This document shows, one piece after another, positions 49,381 through 62,100 of a DNA stretch of 64,000 bases. Source of the DNA: Epithemia pelagica (taxonomy: Eukaryota > Protista > Bacillariophyta); the NCBI GenBank assembly GCA_946965045.2, contig OX337230.1, positions 1,426,001 to 1,490,000 of the forward strand, in the 5' to 3' direction. Below the pieces are notes generated by a model. It made no database searches. It worked only from the letters and a program-made list of their open reading frames with translations, and was not told the DNA's origin. How positions within the stretch are numbered: position 1 is the stretch's first letter; every line of letters starts with the position of its first letter. Made by a program: the position numbers and the translations under genes.

Positions 49381-52300
49381 ATGAAATCCCAAACGACGAA
49401 CCAACGACCTGTTCGACGACGACGACAACGACCGTTGAGTCCTTCCATGTCCCTCCAATGGCTCTGGCTTTTCTTGTTCACGGTCCAATTTTCACAAAAA
49501 GACACCTCTTTTCTTCACGGAGTGCAAGCCTTTTCCACTATTTCCCCTCCACCAAGACCTTTACCCTCGAGAACGCTCCTCCAGTTTTCGCAGCCCGGCG
49601 ACCGATTCGACACAGATGCCAACGACGACGACGAAAACTACCGAATCAATGGTGATATAAATGGTCAAGTCTTGAGAAGCAAAACAAGCACTGTCGACAA
49701 TCTACCAGCCGAGAACGATCCATCGTCACACGAAGAAGAAGAAGAAGAAGAAGAAGAAGAAGAAAACAACCACCATCCCCTTTCGACACTGGTGTATTAT
49801 CAACGACCCACCATTACTCCCTATCATATTCTTCATCCCCGAGTGTCACCCAAAATCTTGGGAGACGGGCCAGTGGAAGCCAGACCACTGTATCGGGTAC
49901 TGCTTCTCATGGAGCAAGCGCTCCGTTCCATGATGGAAACCTGCAACAGTGAGGATTTTCCGCCACTTGTTCGCATGGAGCATCCCATTGCTGTTGGCAC
50001 GGTCGATCCACTGGCTTGGATATCGGCTCAACAACAACGATTGTCCTCCACGCCACAATCGTATTTTTACTGTCAAACACAAGAAGAAGATTTGGAAGTC
50101 GCCGCGATTGGAGCCTTGCATACCTGCCATGCGACCGAGACCGTGTTGACGTATTTGGAACGTCCCGATTGGCCCCAGTCGAGTCGATGGTATGGAGGAC
50201 AACGGTTTGATCCAGACTCCCAACAGCAATCGGCAGAATGGAGTGACTTTGGATCCAACGCCTGGTGGATCTTGCCCACGATCGAAATGCGCCGGGAGGG
50301 CAATCAAACCATTGTCTTTGCGGTTCATGTACGTCCGGACAAGGTCCACGAAACCTTGAATCTGATTCAACAAATTTCCGACCAATCCATGGAACAACGA
50401 CCACCCACCACATTGCCTCCTCTCCTGTCACGGAGTACCCACTACCAAACCGCAGATGGACTGGTACAGGATGGCCAAGAGTTGTATGAGGAAGCCGTTG
50501 CCAAGGCCATTGACGCCATGGACAAACGCAACGACCAGAAAGACGATCATCATCAAGTCTTGAAAAAGGTGGTCCTTTCCAGAGTTCAGAGAATGCAACT
50601 GGGTGTCAACGATTTCTGTGCCTTGGCCGTACTGCGTCGGTGGAAATACGGAGGCAACGAAGGTGGTCACTTGTTTTGGATGCAACCTGGAAGGACTTGG
50701 AGTCCACGGTCGCGCCCATCTTGTGAATTCTTTGGGTGTGCACCAGAGCGTTTGTTCCGTGTACAAGCGACGGACAGTAGCAATCCGCGGGTGCAGAGTG
50801 AGGCTTTGGCTGGCACCCGACCTCGAGGATCCACCATTGCCGAAGATGCCAAACTTCTTCAAGAGCTTCTCGAATCGCCCAAGGACCGTCACGAAAACCA
50901 AATCACGGGAGATTTTATTGCACGCGTATTTTCAGAAATGACTCAAAAGGGCATGATTCTTTCGGGGAAATCACCCGGCTCAACAAAGGATCCTTCAGGT
51001 CAAACGGAAGAGAGCTCAAACTTTTTTGTTCGTCGTCTGTTGCACCTTCAGCATTTGTGTCAATCCTTCAATGCCACTCTGTCACATCCAAGTCAGGCAT
51101 TGAATGTAACCCGATTCATGTTATCGAATATGCACCCTACACCAGCAGTTTGTGGAGATCCGCTCATCCCTGCATTGGATTTTATTCGGAAATACGAGTC
51201 TGTTGGCTTTGACCGCGGCTTCTACGCTGGACCTATCGGCTACGTGGGCCGGGATGCCAGTGACATTTTTGTTGCTCTCCGATCTGCTCTCCTTACCAAA
51301 GACGAGAATAACAAACAACCTCATGACCGTGCGACGCGTCATGCCGAATCTTCTCTTTTGGTATACGCTGGCGCTGGTATTGTTCCGGGATCAACCGTGA
51401 AAGGAGAATGGGCAGAAACAAACTACAAGCTCGCCGTCATCTCGTCGGTTTTCCCGCAGTCACCGATGACGCTTCAGGGCGCTCCAACCCCGAACGTAGC
51501 ATGGGCTGCAGCATTCTTGGAGGAACTGATCCGAAACGGTGTGACGCAATTCTACGTTTGTCCGGGATCGCGATCGACACCTCTTGTGGTGGCACTTTCT
51601 CGGGCAGCTCGATCGCGAGTTGGCGTTGTTCAGGTGACGAGCGTCCACGACGAGCGATCGGCAGCGTTCCGAGCAGTCGGCTATGCAAGAGGGTCCAACC
51701 GTCCTGCCGCGGTCGTCACGTCGAGTGGCACGGCGGTAGCTAATCTGTATCCAGCAGTCGTGGAGGCGGGAATGGATGGGGTGCCTCTTTTGCTTCTGAC
51801 CGCTGATCGACCCTACGAAAGCCGCGATACTGGTTCAAACCAAGCAATTGATCAAGTCAAGGTATTTTCTAGTACCTACATACGCTGGTTTCGAGATATA
51901 CTTCCACCGTCGGACGATGTCCCAATCTCTCTGGCACTCTCAGACGCTGGACACGCCGTACGAGTTGCTCGGAATCAACGGGGACCTGTTCATGTGAATA
52001 TTCAATTCCGCGAGAACCTAGCACCCGATGCAGGACCAGTTCGAAACGATGATAGGATCAATCCAGGAGCACGTTTCAACGCTCAACGTTTTACTGAGAC
52101 ACCGCATTTCGAAAGGTGGTCGATTTCAGGAAGCACATATGGGAGAGAAATGAAGTCGTTCTCGTACTCCCAAGAGAGCGAAGCTGCAAGAGAGCTATCA
52201 CGAATGATTTCAAACTCGAGGCGAGGAATAATTGTCGTTGGTAACGTTCGATCATCTTTGCTAGATGACGCTGAGTCTCACAGCTCCATAGCCGATACAA

Positions 52301-55300
52301 TCTCTGACTTTGCCCAACAAACTGGTTTTCCTATTTTTGCGGGCGTTCAGCAAGTTGCTCTTCGATTTAGGAGCCCAGCCGTCGTTCTTTTTGCGGAGCA
52401 TCTTCTCAAATGCCCTGCAATTGCCAACAATCTGAAACCTGACCTTATCATTCAAATTGGATCTCCGCTTGTATCCTCGGAAGTGCCGGCAATGATTGAA
52501 AGATCTTCTAAAGATGCAGAGAATGAAACCAACCATGTTCTGATTCATTCATTCACGCCTTCAGAGAGAATCGATCCAATGTTCACCGTTACGCATCTTA
52601 TTTCCGCAGATTGCCCTGTTTTTCTAAAAGCGGTCATGTCACAATTAGACGGTCACTGCGGAAGCGAACTGAGTCCATTAGTGGTTTTGGGCAAACGCTT
52701 GCAGGGGCAAATGAAGTTGATTGTCCAGAAAGCTTCTGAGGACCTTCTGACCGAGGATACCGGTATTTCCGAACCACAGATAGTCATGGCTATTGCTGAG
52801 TCATACCTGGAGGGTTCAGATAATTCTATTTTTCTGTCAAACTCAATGCCGATAAGAGATTCTGAGTTTTTCCTGTACCCTCTTTCTGACAAAGTCAGCA
52901 ACATCTCTTTCACCACAGGATCAAACAGAGGCGCAAGCGGAATAGACGGGATTGTTGGTAAGTGGCGACTGACTGCAACATGGTTTCATAGTTCCTTTAA
53001 CTGCCCTGTGCCTCATGAAATTCACTTTCGATGCAAAAATGGGGATGGATCAATGGATGTGATATCTGGGGATGGACGGATGTAGCATCGGCCGCTGGCT
53101 TTGCCGAGGCAACTGCCAAACCAACAACACTGGTTGTTGGAGATGTCTCAACGTTGCACGATATCGGGTCCTTTCATAATCTTGCAGAACGAACAAGGTC
53201 GTCGAAACACGGACAAAGTAAGCGACCACACCCACTTACAACCTTGGTTGTCAACAATGATGGTGGAGGTATTTTCTCCTTTCTCCCAATTGCACGCCAT
53301 GGAGACGATGTCTCATTTGACGAATTATTTGGGACTCCAACAAATTCTTTCTCCTTCCAAAAAGCTTGCGAAGCCTTCGGGCTCCCATACAGAAAAGCAA
53401 CAGAGATGGGCACTTTGACAAAGACACTTTCTAAGTTTTCGCCTGGTGGTTTATCCAGTCTTGTCGAGGTTGTGGTTGCGTCGAGAGAGCAAAACGTTTT
53501 GATACACAAGCGAATATCGAGGGATGTCGCGAGTTACGTCGATCTTGTTCTGGCCTCCGATTTATCAGCCGGTACTTATCCACATCGTAGCTACGTGAAG
53601 AGCTACTCAAACGACTTTCAGAGGCCTCCGGTTCTGGAAGAAAAGAAAACCGTTGTTCTATTGCATGGCTGGATGGGTGACAAGACTGACTGGGACGAGG
53701 TCGGTCTATGTCTTTCTGGCATGTTACCCTCCGGTTGGTCGGTCGAGGCTGTTGATCTGGTCCAATATGGAGAAGAAAGCCAAAGTGTTTCTGTGGATAC
53801 TGAAATCCTTCGTCGCTCTCTCTGCCTTCCTCTCCAACAGCCGGTCGGTGATCTATCTGTCGGTGGTATCGCTGAGACGGTTTTGAAGTCTTTAAGAAGT
53901 CACGGCGTGACAAAAGTGGATGCTCTTGTTGGATACTCCCTGGGAGGACGCGTTGCACTGAACATTGTCGATCGATTTTCCTCTGCTGGTGGTCTAATTC
54001 ACAATGACACTAGACTCGTCTTACTCAGTTCATTTACTGAGAGCAAGGGTACAGAGCAATCGCAGGACTCAATCTCAAGGAAAAGTAGAGATGACCTGAT
54101 AGCCCAGGCCATTCGGAATCGTTGGTTAAAAGCATGTTTGTATAAATGCCCAACACGAAAAGTCCTCTGTTGGGATGAATTCTTGGAGAACTGGTATAGT
54201 TCGCCATTATGGGCTGAAATTGATTGCAATCCAGGTTTCCCCGAAATGAAGAGGAAGCGCTCCATGATCCTGGAGGGCCATGGAACAGAACTGGCAGAGA
54301 TCCTGTCTTGTTGTTCTCCTCCCAGGAATGTTCGATCGGTCGACTCGAAGGGGTTTCCAACCCCGACATTCCTTGTCGCGGGAGAGTTGGACAACAAATA
54401 TTGTGAGCTCATGATGCGTTGGCTGGAAGAAAACAAAGGACAAACTAAGTTCGACAAAGTGAAGGGAGCTGGACATGCAATTCTCCTTGAGAATCCTTTG
54501 GTTGTAGCGGAGAAAATTGCTGATTTCCTTCAGAGAAAAGATGCTCTCCCGGATCACCATAGTTGTGAGGATTCTCCTTCAGCTCCCTGCTCGAAATTTG
54601 CTGAGTCCTCTACTCTGAATCCAGATGTAATAGAAGGTTCCGTAGGAAACTTTAAAGCAAGAACGAAGCGCTTCACCTTGGAAATGGTGGATTCGTCTGG
54701 TCGCAGGAGCTCCGTTTCTGGACTCGGGTGGGGCGAGCGGGCAATCAAGTCGAGCAAATTGGCATCACGTAATGGCCTTCTTCTTCAGCTTCAGTCCACT
54801 GGATGTGGTAGTGTTGGACTAGGAGAGATTTCACCTTTAAAAGGAGTCCACGATGAAAGCTTGGAGGACGTGATTGTACAGATTCAAAAGGTACAAGCCG
54901 TTCTCGAACGAGGAGGGGATGAGGTTAATATAGACCCTCGGAAAACCCTTGAACTTCGTGGGTACTTGAGCGACTGGATTCATGAACAATTTTCTGGTAT
55001 CCAATTGTTCCCTTCCGTTCGAGCAGGTGTAGAAATGGCGCTGCTTGGTTTGTCTGCACACAAGCTTGGAGCCCCCTTGTATCAGGCGATTCTCCTCTAT
55101 GCGTTCGGTCGTGAATGCCTTCAAAAATCCTGGGTCGAGCTTAATGGTTTTATGACAAGAATGCCATCGCAAGGCTTCGAAGCTTCTTACAACTTTAGAT
55201 CAACGAAGGTCAAGGTTGGCCATCGTTCTCGGAACGAAGATATTGATGCCATCGTTGCCTCTCTTGGTCAGTTGGACGCCACCGTCGGGCGCGAGAACGG

Positions 55301-56540
55301 AAATCTCCGACTTGACGCCAACCGATCATGGAACAGAACTGAGGCTAAGAGTTTCGTGGACGGTTTAGAAGAATTGAGAATTCATGATCGAATTGATTTC
55401 ATCGAAGAGCCATTGTATTCCGTTGGTGGAGTAAGTTTCAAGAGTCACGTTGCTTCTCTTGAAGAATGGTCCCACCAGGTCAATATACCGTACGCCCTTG
55501 ATGAATCAATCGCCGAACTTGCGTTTTCTCATGGATTCAAGTTTTCGTTGATTGAGAAAGAGATGCTACATGTATTCAAAAGTGGTCAACGCGGATGCGT
55601 GGCACTTGTTTTGAAACCCTCTTTGCTCGGAATGGAATTATCCATACAAATTGCTCGTCTCGCTCGGCAGAAGCTAAAAATGGGAGCTGTATTCTCGTCT
55701 TGTTTTGAAAGTGGTACTGGACTTGCACACGTCGGATCGTTGGCCGCTGCCTCTGATGCCATCGAAAGTGAGGCTTGCAGTTTTTCTCACGGACTTGGAA
55801 CATATGTACTTCTTGGAGGCGACACCATCACACCTCCTTTCTCTTCTTATGTGAATGGCAGAGGAATGCTAAACATAGCATCCATATCCCGTGCCATGTA
55901 TGGTCTGTCTCTCGATGAAATGGCAATTGAGGACGACGTATCGAATCTCATCAATGAGGAGACAATTGTTGAGGAATTTGGGAGCGAAGAAGATGAACTT
56001 AGTACTATCGTTTCAATCGATCTCCCTTTCTCAGCCAAAACAGCTCATTCCCGATTCACAGATCTTCCCCAGCAACCAAGGTGGTCCCCGTGGTTGAGCA
56101 GTGTTTCGTACCAAGGAGAAGAATCGGAATGGAAAATAAATATACGTGGAATACCTCTGAGATGGCGTGCAAAGAGTCAACTTATGACCAATCCATGGTT
56201 GGGAATCCAATGGGAATCTGTTTCCGGTGTGCCTAATCGTGGAAAAGTTGAATTCATTCCAAAGAACAGTGAAACATGCCAGATGAAAGTATGTATTGCC
56301 ATAATCCCACCTCGTGTTTTGAATCCACTTTTTCGGAGAGCAAAGTCTCTCGTTTTGGAAGACTTCATAAGTAACAAGATTGTCAAGTGGTCATTGGAAA
56401 TGTTTCGAGACGTGGTAAAAGCGGATTTAGCTATCGAAAGTGGAGATGTGGAGCTGGGTGATGCATTGTTCGGAGCAGTAGAAGGCAAAGCAACAGCGAT
56501 CGAAGAAACGCTGAAATTTTCCTCAAAGACGGGCGAGTGA
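49381..56540 (+). CDS. PHYLLO: PHYLLO-type multifunctional phylloquinone biosynthesis protein: MenF-MenD-MenH-MenC plus a C-terminal SRPBCC/polyketide-cyclase domain; exons 49381-52957 and 53086-56540 (2343 aa)
   Basis: MenF: ALAGTRPRG, HPTPAVCG, RGFYAGPIG, YAGAGIV. MenD: CPGSRSTPL, DERSAAF, TSSGTAVANLYPAVVEA, TADRP, SNRGASGIDG. MenH: HGWMG, GYSLGGR, GELD, GHA. MenC: GEISPL, KVKVG, RLDAN, IEEP, ALDES. Intron G|GTAAGT...TGTAG|CA (128 nt) restores GIDGIVASAAGF. Signal ends VQA|FST. Confidence 0.95.
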
Positions 56541-57324
56541 AGAGAAAGCCTGCCCGACACGCTGGTGTCCATCGTTGGGTTCGGACAAGGCCTGAGAAAA
56601 GACCTTTGTTCTTGGTCCCTCAATGGATTCGTCACATGATGGACTGCTTAGATGTCTTGCATGCCCAAAAGTGCTCACGAAAGCAAGCGACAGATCTTCT
56701 TCAGATCCCCCTTTAGGTCACTCAGTTGAATATTTAACGAAGAAACTGATGATTATCCATATATATCCGTCATGTTTGCTCTAGACTCCGGACAACCCTA
56801 AACCCTAAATTGAGACTCTGCAGACCATGGGGGACATATAATGAGCCTATGCTCTGAGAGATACCTATTAAGCATTGAGAATTGAGAACAAAAATAGAAA
56901 AGGAAGGCATGAATTTCATTTATTCAAAGTTTTCAACCCTACAAATATTCTCTCACCGGGCACGAGTAGCTCGGCCCCGCGTCGCAATAGCTACTAATAG
57001 CAATGATAGGAATACGGTTACGCTTTCGTCGCAACGTCCAGACTATGGTCTGAACTATGGTCAACCTTGATAGCTTTAAGCTTTCGAATCGACTGGTTGG
57101 AGGAGTTCTTCTCCCACCTCTAAGTATCCAGGATGAAGGGTATAACAGCGATCATGTTAGGATACCACTTCAAGCTCGAAATCGGATTCAAGCTAGTGGT
57201 CGTGTGACCGGACCCGAAGAACCAATCATACTGAGAGATAAAAAAGGATTGTTCACGACAAGGTTGACCATCCCGTATGGTATCTATGGATGAAAAAGCC
57301 CAGACGATCTCGTAGTATTATAGA

Positions 57325-58140
57325 ATGAGGGCTTCCGTTTTAAACGTAGGTTTGTATCGTTCAGGTTCGACTAGCCTCGCCACCGCTGCGGCCATCGGCG
57401 GATGGCGAGTCTACCGCGAATTTCCCTCGCTGTCAAAACAAACTCTCAGGCACATCCTTTTGGACCCCACTGTCGCTGTCAAGGAATGGTGGTCAAGCAA
57501 TGGCAAACACGAGATGCTCGATCTGGTCAAGACTTATGATCTTGTGGGGGACGGGTTTGTTTCTTTGTTCCCATTCCTGCCTGTCGACGAGATCCAATCT
57601 TTCGTCAAGAATGCCATGAGAGAGGGAATCAAAATTATTTTTGTCGCAACTCAGCGTGGTCTAGAGCAGACGGTCTTGTCAGAACTTCATCACTGGGTTC
57701 GAGAAAACCTGGAAGAACGAACCGGATTGTCAGTCGAGAACCGATGCCTTCTAGAAGAGAATCTAAGAGTTAGAGCAGAGCGTCATCAAAGAAGACTGGA
57801 GACATTTCCCTGCGATCTGGTAATCCTGAAGCTTGAGGAGAAAAGTGAGTGGGCATACAGCCTCGAGCGACTCTTCGGTCAGGTTAAAGAAGAAACGAAA
57901 CCGATCGACTGGAACAAAGCTCTACAACAGGCAGGCCATCAAAACAAGAACCCTCCTCGACCTGTGGAAGGAGTGCTCCTCACAATGCGTATCGGAAACG
58001 ATAGTCAAGAGGCAAAACTCAAAATATCTCGCCTTCTGTCGAGTTTGAACCAGGACAAGCTGTGCCAATATCAATTGACGAGCGACTTTAACTTGGCCGA
58101 CAAGTCTTGCTTGGTGGACCGTTCGACGCACATAGAGTAA
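57325..58140 (+). pseudogene. P-loop sulfotransferase-like gene, apparently 3'-truncated at ~58068
   Basis: PAPS-binding-like VLNVGLYRSGSTSLA and YDLVGDG. A second domain starts (VEGVLLTMRIG...DKLCQY), but the frame then runs into the antisense of a ZMAT2 fragment. Confidence 0.6.
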
Positions 58141-58445
58141 CCGAGTTTGCGTTGATGCTTGCGGCGGTTGATGTGATCCAAATACGTATGCGAATCTTTC
58201 AAGTAGCAATCGCAAACTTTGCAGTACCAACCGACGCCAGTTTTGACGACCGCGTCTCCGGGAGACTTGTTGTCGTTGTCTTCGTCCCCTACGGCGCTCT
58301 TGCTCTTGGTAGCGGCTTCAACCGAGACCATTTCGGTCGTTCCTATTCTCTCGTCAATGTCGGAAACCTTTAGACTACTTCGAGCCTTGAGAAACGCTCG
58401 CTTGGACCCTTCTGGTCACGCTGCATTTCGTCGGCTGCAACCGTT
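58071..58445 (-). pseudogene. ZMAT2: ZMAT2/Snu23 (U4/U6.U5 zinc-finger protein) gene fragment with a nonsense codon and a probable frameshift
   Basis: PEGSKRAFLKAR...GWYCKVCDCYLKDSHTYLDHINRRKHQRKLGYSMCVERST. In-frame TGA at 58416-58418; N- and C-termini missing. Confidence 0.8.
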
Positions 58446-58460
58446 GCACCAGCGGTGTGG

Positions 58461-61400
58461 TTGTTTAGTTTTGTGTTTATTTTACGCTCTAGTGTTTGGG
58501 GGAACTTCTAAGCGGTGAGTTCGCAGAGAAGTGGGGCGGTTGCCGTGGTGGGCAGGTAGTGTTCCATGCTGGCCGGGGAGTAGATCGGAGTTATCGGTGC
58601 AAAGTGTGGCCGTGAAAGATTTTGCAATTGTGTCGTTCGTTTCTGTCTGGTGGTGTGATATTGGTGGATGGCTGTCATGCGGTTGTTGACATGGACTGCC
58701 AAGCTTGTGACGATGGCGTGGCTGAGGGATGCCTTGGCAAAGTGTCCCATAGAGTATATATGGGCTTCTGGGTAGCAAAATTTTTTTGTCTCCTTGTTGG
58801 CGGCTGTGAGAAGGTTGGCTGGGGCGTGAGTGGTTTCTTGAAAGAGTGCGAAAGCTTGTGGGTGTGCACTGCTGCGATGACTGTTTTTTCCGAAGTGTGG
58901 GTCGTTCCACGTTGGCGGTTTGGCTGGATGAAAGAGGTGTGGTTGGTGTTCACTTGGGAAAAGGAGGTTTTCAGCAAAAGAACCTAGTCCTCCTAGGTGA
59001 TCGACCGTAAAGGGGAGGAGGTATACCCCGTTGTCGTAGAGGTGTTGTGCAGTGGTGGGGTCTCGACAGAATTTGTCACGTGCTGCGTCCTGGTGCGTCT
59101 TGGAGGCCATACAGGCAATGTTTTCGTGGTCAGACGGGTCCAGGATTGGCAGTGGTTTCTGTGGAGGGGGGACTGTGATATCGATAGCGGTGTATCGAAA
59201 GTGCTGGTTTCTGTGTGGTTGTTTCAGAAGCATGCCGACGTGCGCTGGTCGGATGTTTCGGCTGTGTTGTGGAGCCAGGCCTGGCGGTTCAACATGTACG
59301 TCCAGGCTTGTGTCCACTGCTTTTGCTGCGGGGGCTATTTGGCGAAGGACATCAAACAGGGTGTCTCTGATAGCATTCGATAGGGGAGTCTTGGAGGTGG
59401 CGCTGCACGAAAACAAGTGGTCCCCTTGTGCGTCAAGTGTCGTTTTCTTTGCACATTTGCAAGATTTCGGAGCCAGTTGGTTGGGGTCATGGGAGAACAG
59501 AGGTAGACGTAATTTTCTCCTCATGGCGGGTTTGAAGACCGCGTTATCAAGTCTGAATTTGGAGGCTGTCAGCGGTAGGGAAAAGGCCATGCTTGTGAGT
59601 GGTGAAAGCAGTGAAGGTAAGAAGATGCGTTGGTTTGTGTCTGTTATCGTGAACAGTCTTTCGATGGCGTGTTCTCTCATGATGTGGTTCATCATGCTGT
59701 TGTGTGTGTGTCGGTCATACCGAGATGGGGTATAGAGGGCTTCGTCTGCCAGTTCGTGTGCAAAAAACGAGAGGCCTTTTTGGAATTTGGTCGTGGTTGG
59801 TGTGGTTGAGTCTTCCCAGTTTTGGAATGGCCGGCTGTGGACGGCTGGAATTGCTGTGTCCGTGGACGACGCAAGGTTGATTGCTCGCACGGTCTGAGTG
59901 AGAAATCGCGGGTATGCTGCGGAGGAAGCCATTTGGTATCCAAGGCCGCCTAGGCGTTGAGGGAGAGACGCAATAAATTGTCGCTGTTTCGTTTACGTCC
60001 GTGTCTCCGGTGGAGGTAAGACGGGCAAGAAAACGCGCTGTCAGTTTGTCGGTTCGTCTTGTGGTGTCGCTGTGGCACATTGTTGATCGTTGGTCTCCTG
60101 CGGGATTGACAAGGGTGATGTCGGATGGGAGCAAGTGCATGATTGACGCAACCAAAGAGAATTTGTACAGCGTGTGCTGCGTTTGTAAGTTTTGGAGTTG
60201 GCTGATTCGGTCCATTGTGTCGTCCATTTTTTCTAACCTTTCGCTGATGTATTGTTTTGCAAATTCCTGGGAGCCGATTGGCTGTCCGAGGAAACGGACT
60301 CCTGTGGTGATTTCGGCCCGTTCTGGTTCTTCAGGGCAGAGGAAGGATAATGCTTCCTGTACGTGTTGTTGTGCTTGTCGGGGCAATGTGTCGCAGGCTG
60401 TGTTGCCGGTTGTTGTTGTTAATATTTTTGTTTTGGAGTGATTGAGGATGATCCCGAGTGGTGCTCCAAGTTGTTGGAAGCGGGAAAGGAACCATGGTAG
60501 GTCACAGTGTGGTAAACAGACGGACGTGTCGTCCATGATCGAGGCCGTATGAGCGACTCCACCTTTGTTGTCGTCTCCGGTGTCCCCTGACTGTTTTCTT
60601 GTTGCTGCACATTTTGCTTGTTCTTTGTTTAACTGGTTCGTGAGTGCCAGAAGGACTAAGCACGAGAACAGTGGACTAAGTGGGCACCCTTGTGGGAATC
60701 CCTCTTCTTGTTTCAGTGTATTTGGTTCGTGGTTTTCATCGAAGTACCACGAGTCGCAGGGGTGGTTGGTGAGAAGGTCAAAGATCGGGACCAGAGGGCA
60801 AGTCGCTTCCTCTGAGAGGAGTATTTTTCGCGCTTCGGTACGCAACACATTGTTGAACATATTTGTCAGGTCAAGCAATATGAGCGCTCTGCTTGGGGAG
60901 TTTGTTGTTGTTTTTGATTTTGTTTTGTTTTGGTCGTCGTTTTGTTCGTCGGTTGGTTCTTCTTTGTTGTCTGTGTGTTTGTCAATATATTCCCGAACCG
61001 CCATGGCGGTGGTCTGGGCGACAAAGTCAACCCCGCCTGGGATTTGGATCCCATACTGTCCGCCCTTGAGGAGAAGTGGCGTGATGTCGTCCGTCATATG
61101 GACCAGAGCTGTTTTGGTGGCATCTCGTCGAATCGCCGTTCCAATTCCAATCGGTCGTAATTTTTCTGGGTTTGTGATGTCCTTGTGCAGCGCCAAGAAA
61201 TAATTGCTGGCAAGTATTGTTTGGATCGGTGGAGGTACCTGAGCGGTCACCACTAGTTGGAGGAGAGCTTTGATGTTTCCGAAGTATGGCTTGGTGGCGT
61301 CTTTCACTCTTGTTGTTCGGTGTAAAGCCATGGCGGCTAGTATGTCCGTGCATGTGGCGAACAGTCCCGATGCCGTTCCTGGTTTCATTTGTCGAAGTGC

Positions 61401-62100
61401 TAGTTCTGTCATGTTGTCTTCTAACATCAGGAACTGGTTTGTTGGTGGCGGTAAGTTGGTTTGGCCTTGTGCTCGTGTACCAGGTGGTGGTTGTCGTCGT
61501 TTTGGGAAAAGTTCTGTCTGACATCTTGCGATTCTTGGTGGGGTTAAGGTTGCTGTTGGAGTATTTGTCGTCAGTCTTTTGAGTGCTGCCCGGTAGTTTC
61601 CCAGGTCGGCGGTGTGTTGTGCCGCGGTGAGTCTCCATTGTTGGAGGTTTGGACCGTCGCTGTGGGTGTTCAGTCGTTGTTTCTGTTGTTGTTTTTTCTT
61701 GTGTTGTCTGTTTCGTGGTTTTAGCGGCAGTGGTGTTGGGTGCCAAATTGTGTTGTACAGTTCCTCGATTCTTCCTGTTGTGAGCAGGGAAATTCTGGCT
61801 CGGAAAGCGTTTGAGTATGTCAGGTGGACGGTGTTTTGGATGGGGGCCAACAGTAATGGTTCCAGGAGGAGCAATAGCTTCCAGAACGGGCTGGAGTCGG
61901 TCTCGTGTTTGGGTAGTGTGCGATCACGGAGGATTGCTGGGGCCAACGTCGGCATTGATTCGAGGACCCATTTTATTACGTTGTTATACGTGACATAGAA
62001 TTCTGAACGGAGTGGAGGTTTGGTTTGTGTAAAAGTCGAGAAATTGCTTTTGGTGGGGTACCCCCAAGTAGGGGTGAGTGGTCGCATGTGTGTCGTGCTT
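58461..62100 (-). mobile_element. Non-LTR retrotransposon, CRE-like (RT + C-terminal restriction-like endonuclease), frameshifted at ~59980; 5' boundary uncertain
   Basis: LRPIGIG, GQYGIQIPGG, LDLTNMFN, GFPQGCPLSPL, IMDD, GVRFLGQPIG; SLPQRLGGLG across the frameshift; CCHC knuckle CKC...GDHLFSC; RPAH...AIDITV. A-rich 3' end AAAATAAACACAAAACTAAACAA and a strong A/C-rich sense-strand skew. Confidence 0.88.

Noticed and set aside
49732-49764. (GAA)n run; also the (TTG)n run at ~33530-33555
   Set aside because: Ordinary trinucleotide microsatellites (poly-Glu in a linker; CAA-rich leader).
53031-53085. Separate start for a second Men gene (MQKWGW...)
   Set aside because: Lies inside a 128-nt GT-AG intron whose removal restores the MenD motif GIDGIVASAAGF.
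7408-56540. Apparent clustering of plastid/pigment genes (HCAR, SAP-DLH, PDRP, CCD, PHYLLO)
   Set aside because: Spread over 50 kb, interleaved with unrelated nuclear-function genes and belonging to different pathways; no evidence of a biosynthetic cluster.
56796-56809. CCCTAAACCCTAAA, a plant-type telomere motif
   Set aside because: Only two units in ordinary intergenic DNA; expected by chance.
61027-61746. 239-aa Thr/Lys-rich ORF overlapping the LINE
   Set aside because: Alternative frame of the A/C-rich LINE strand, which is naturally poor in stop codons.
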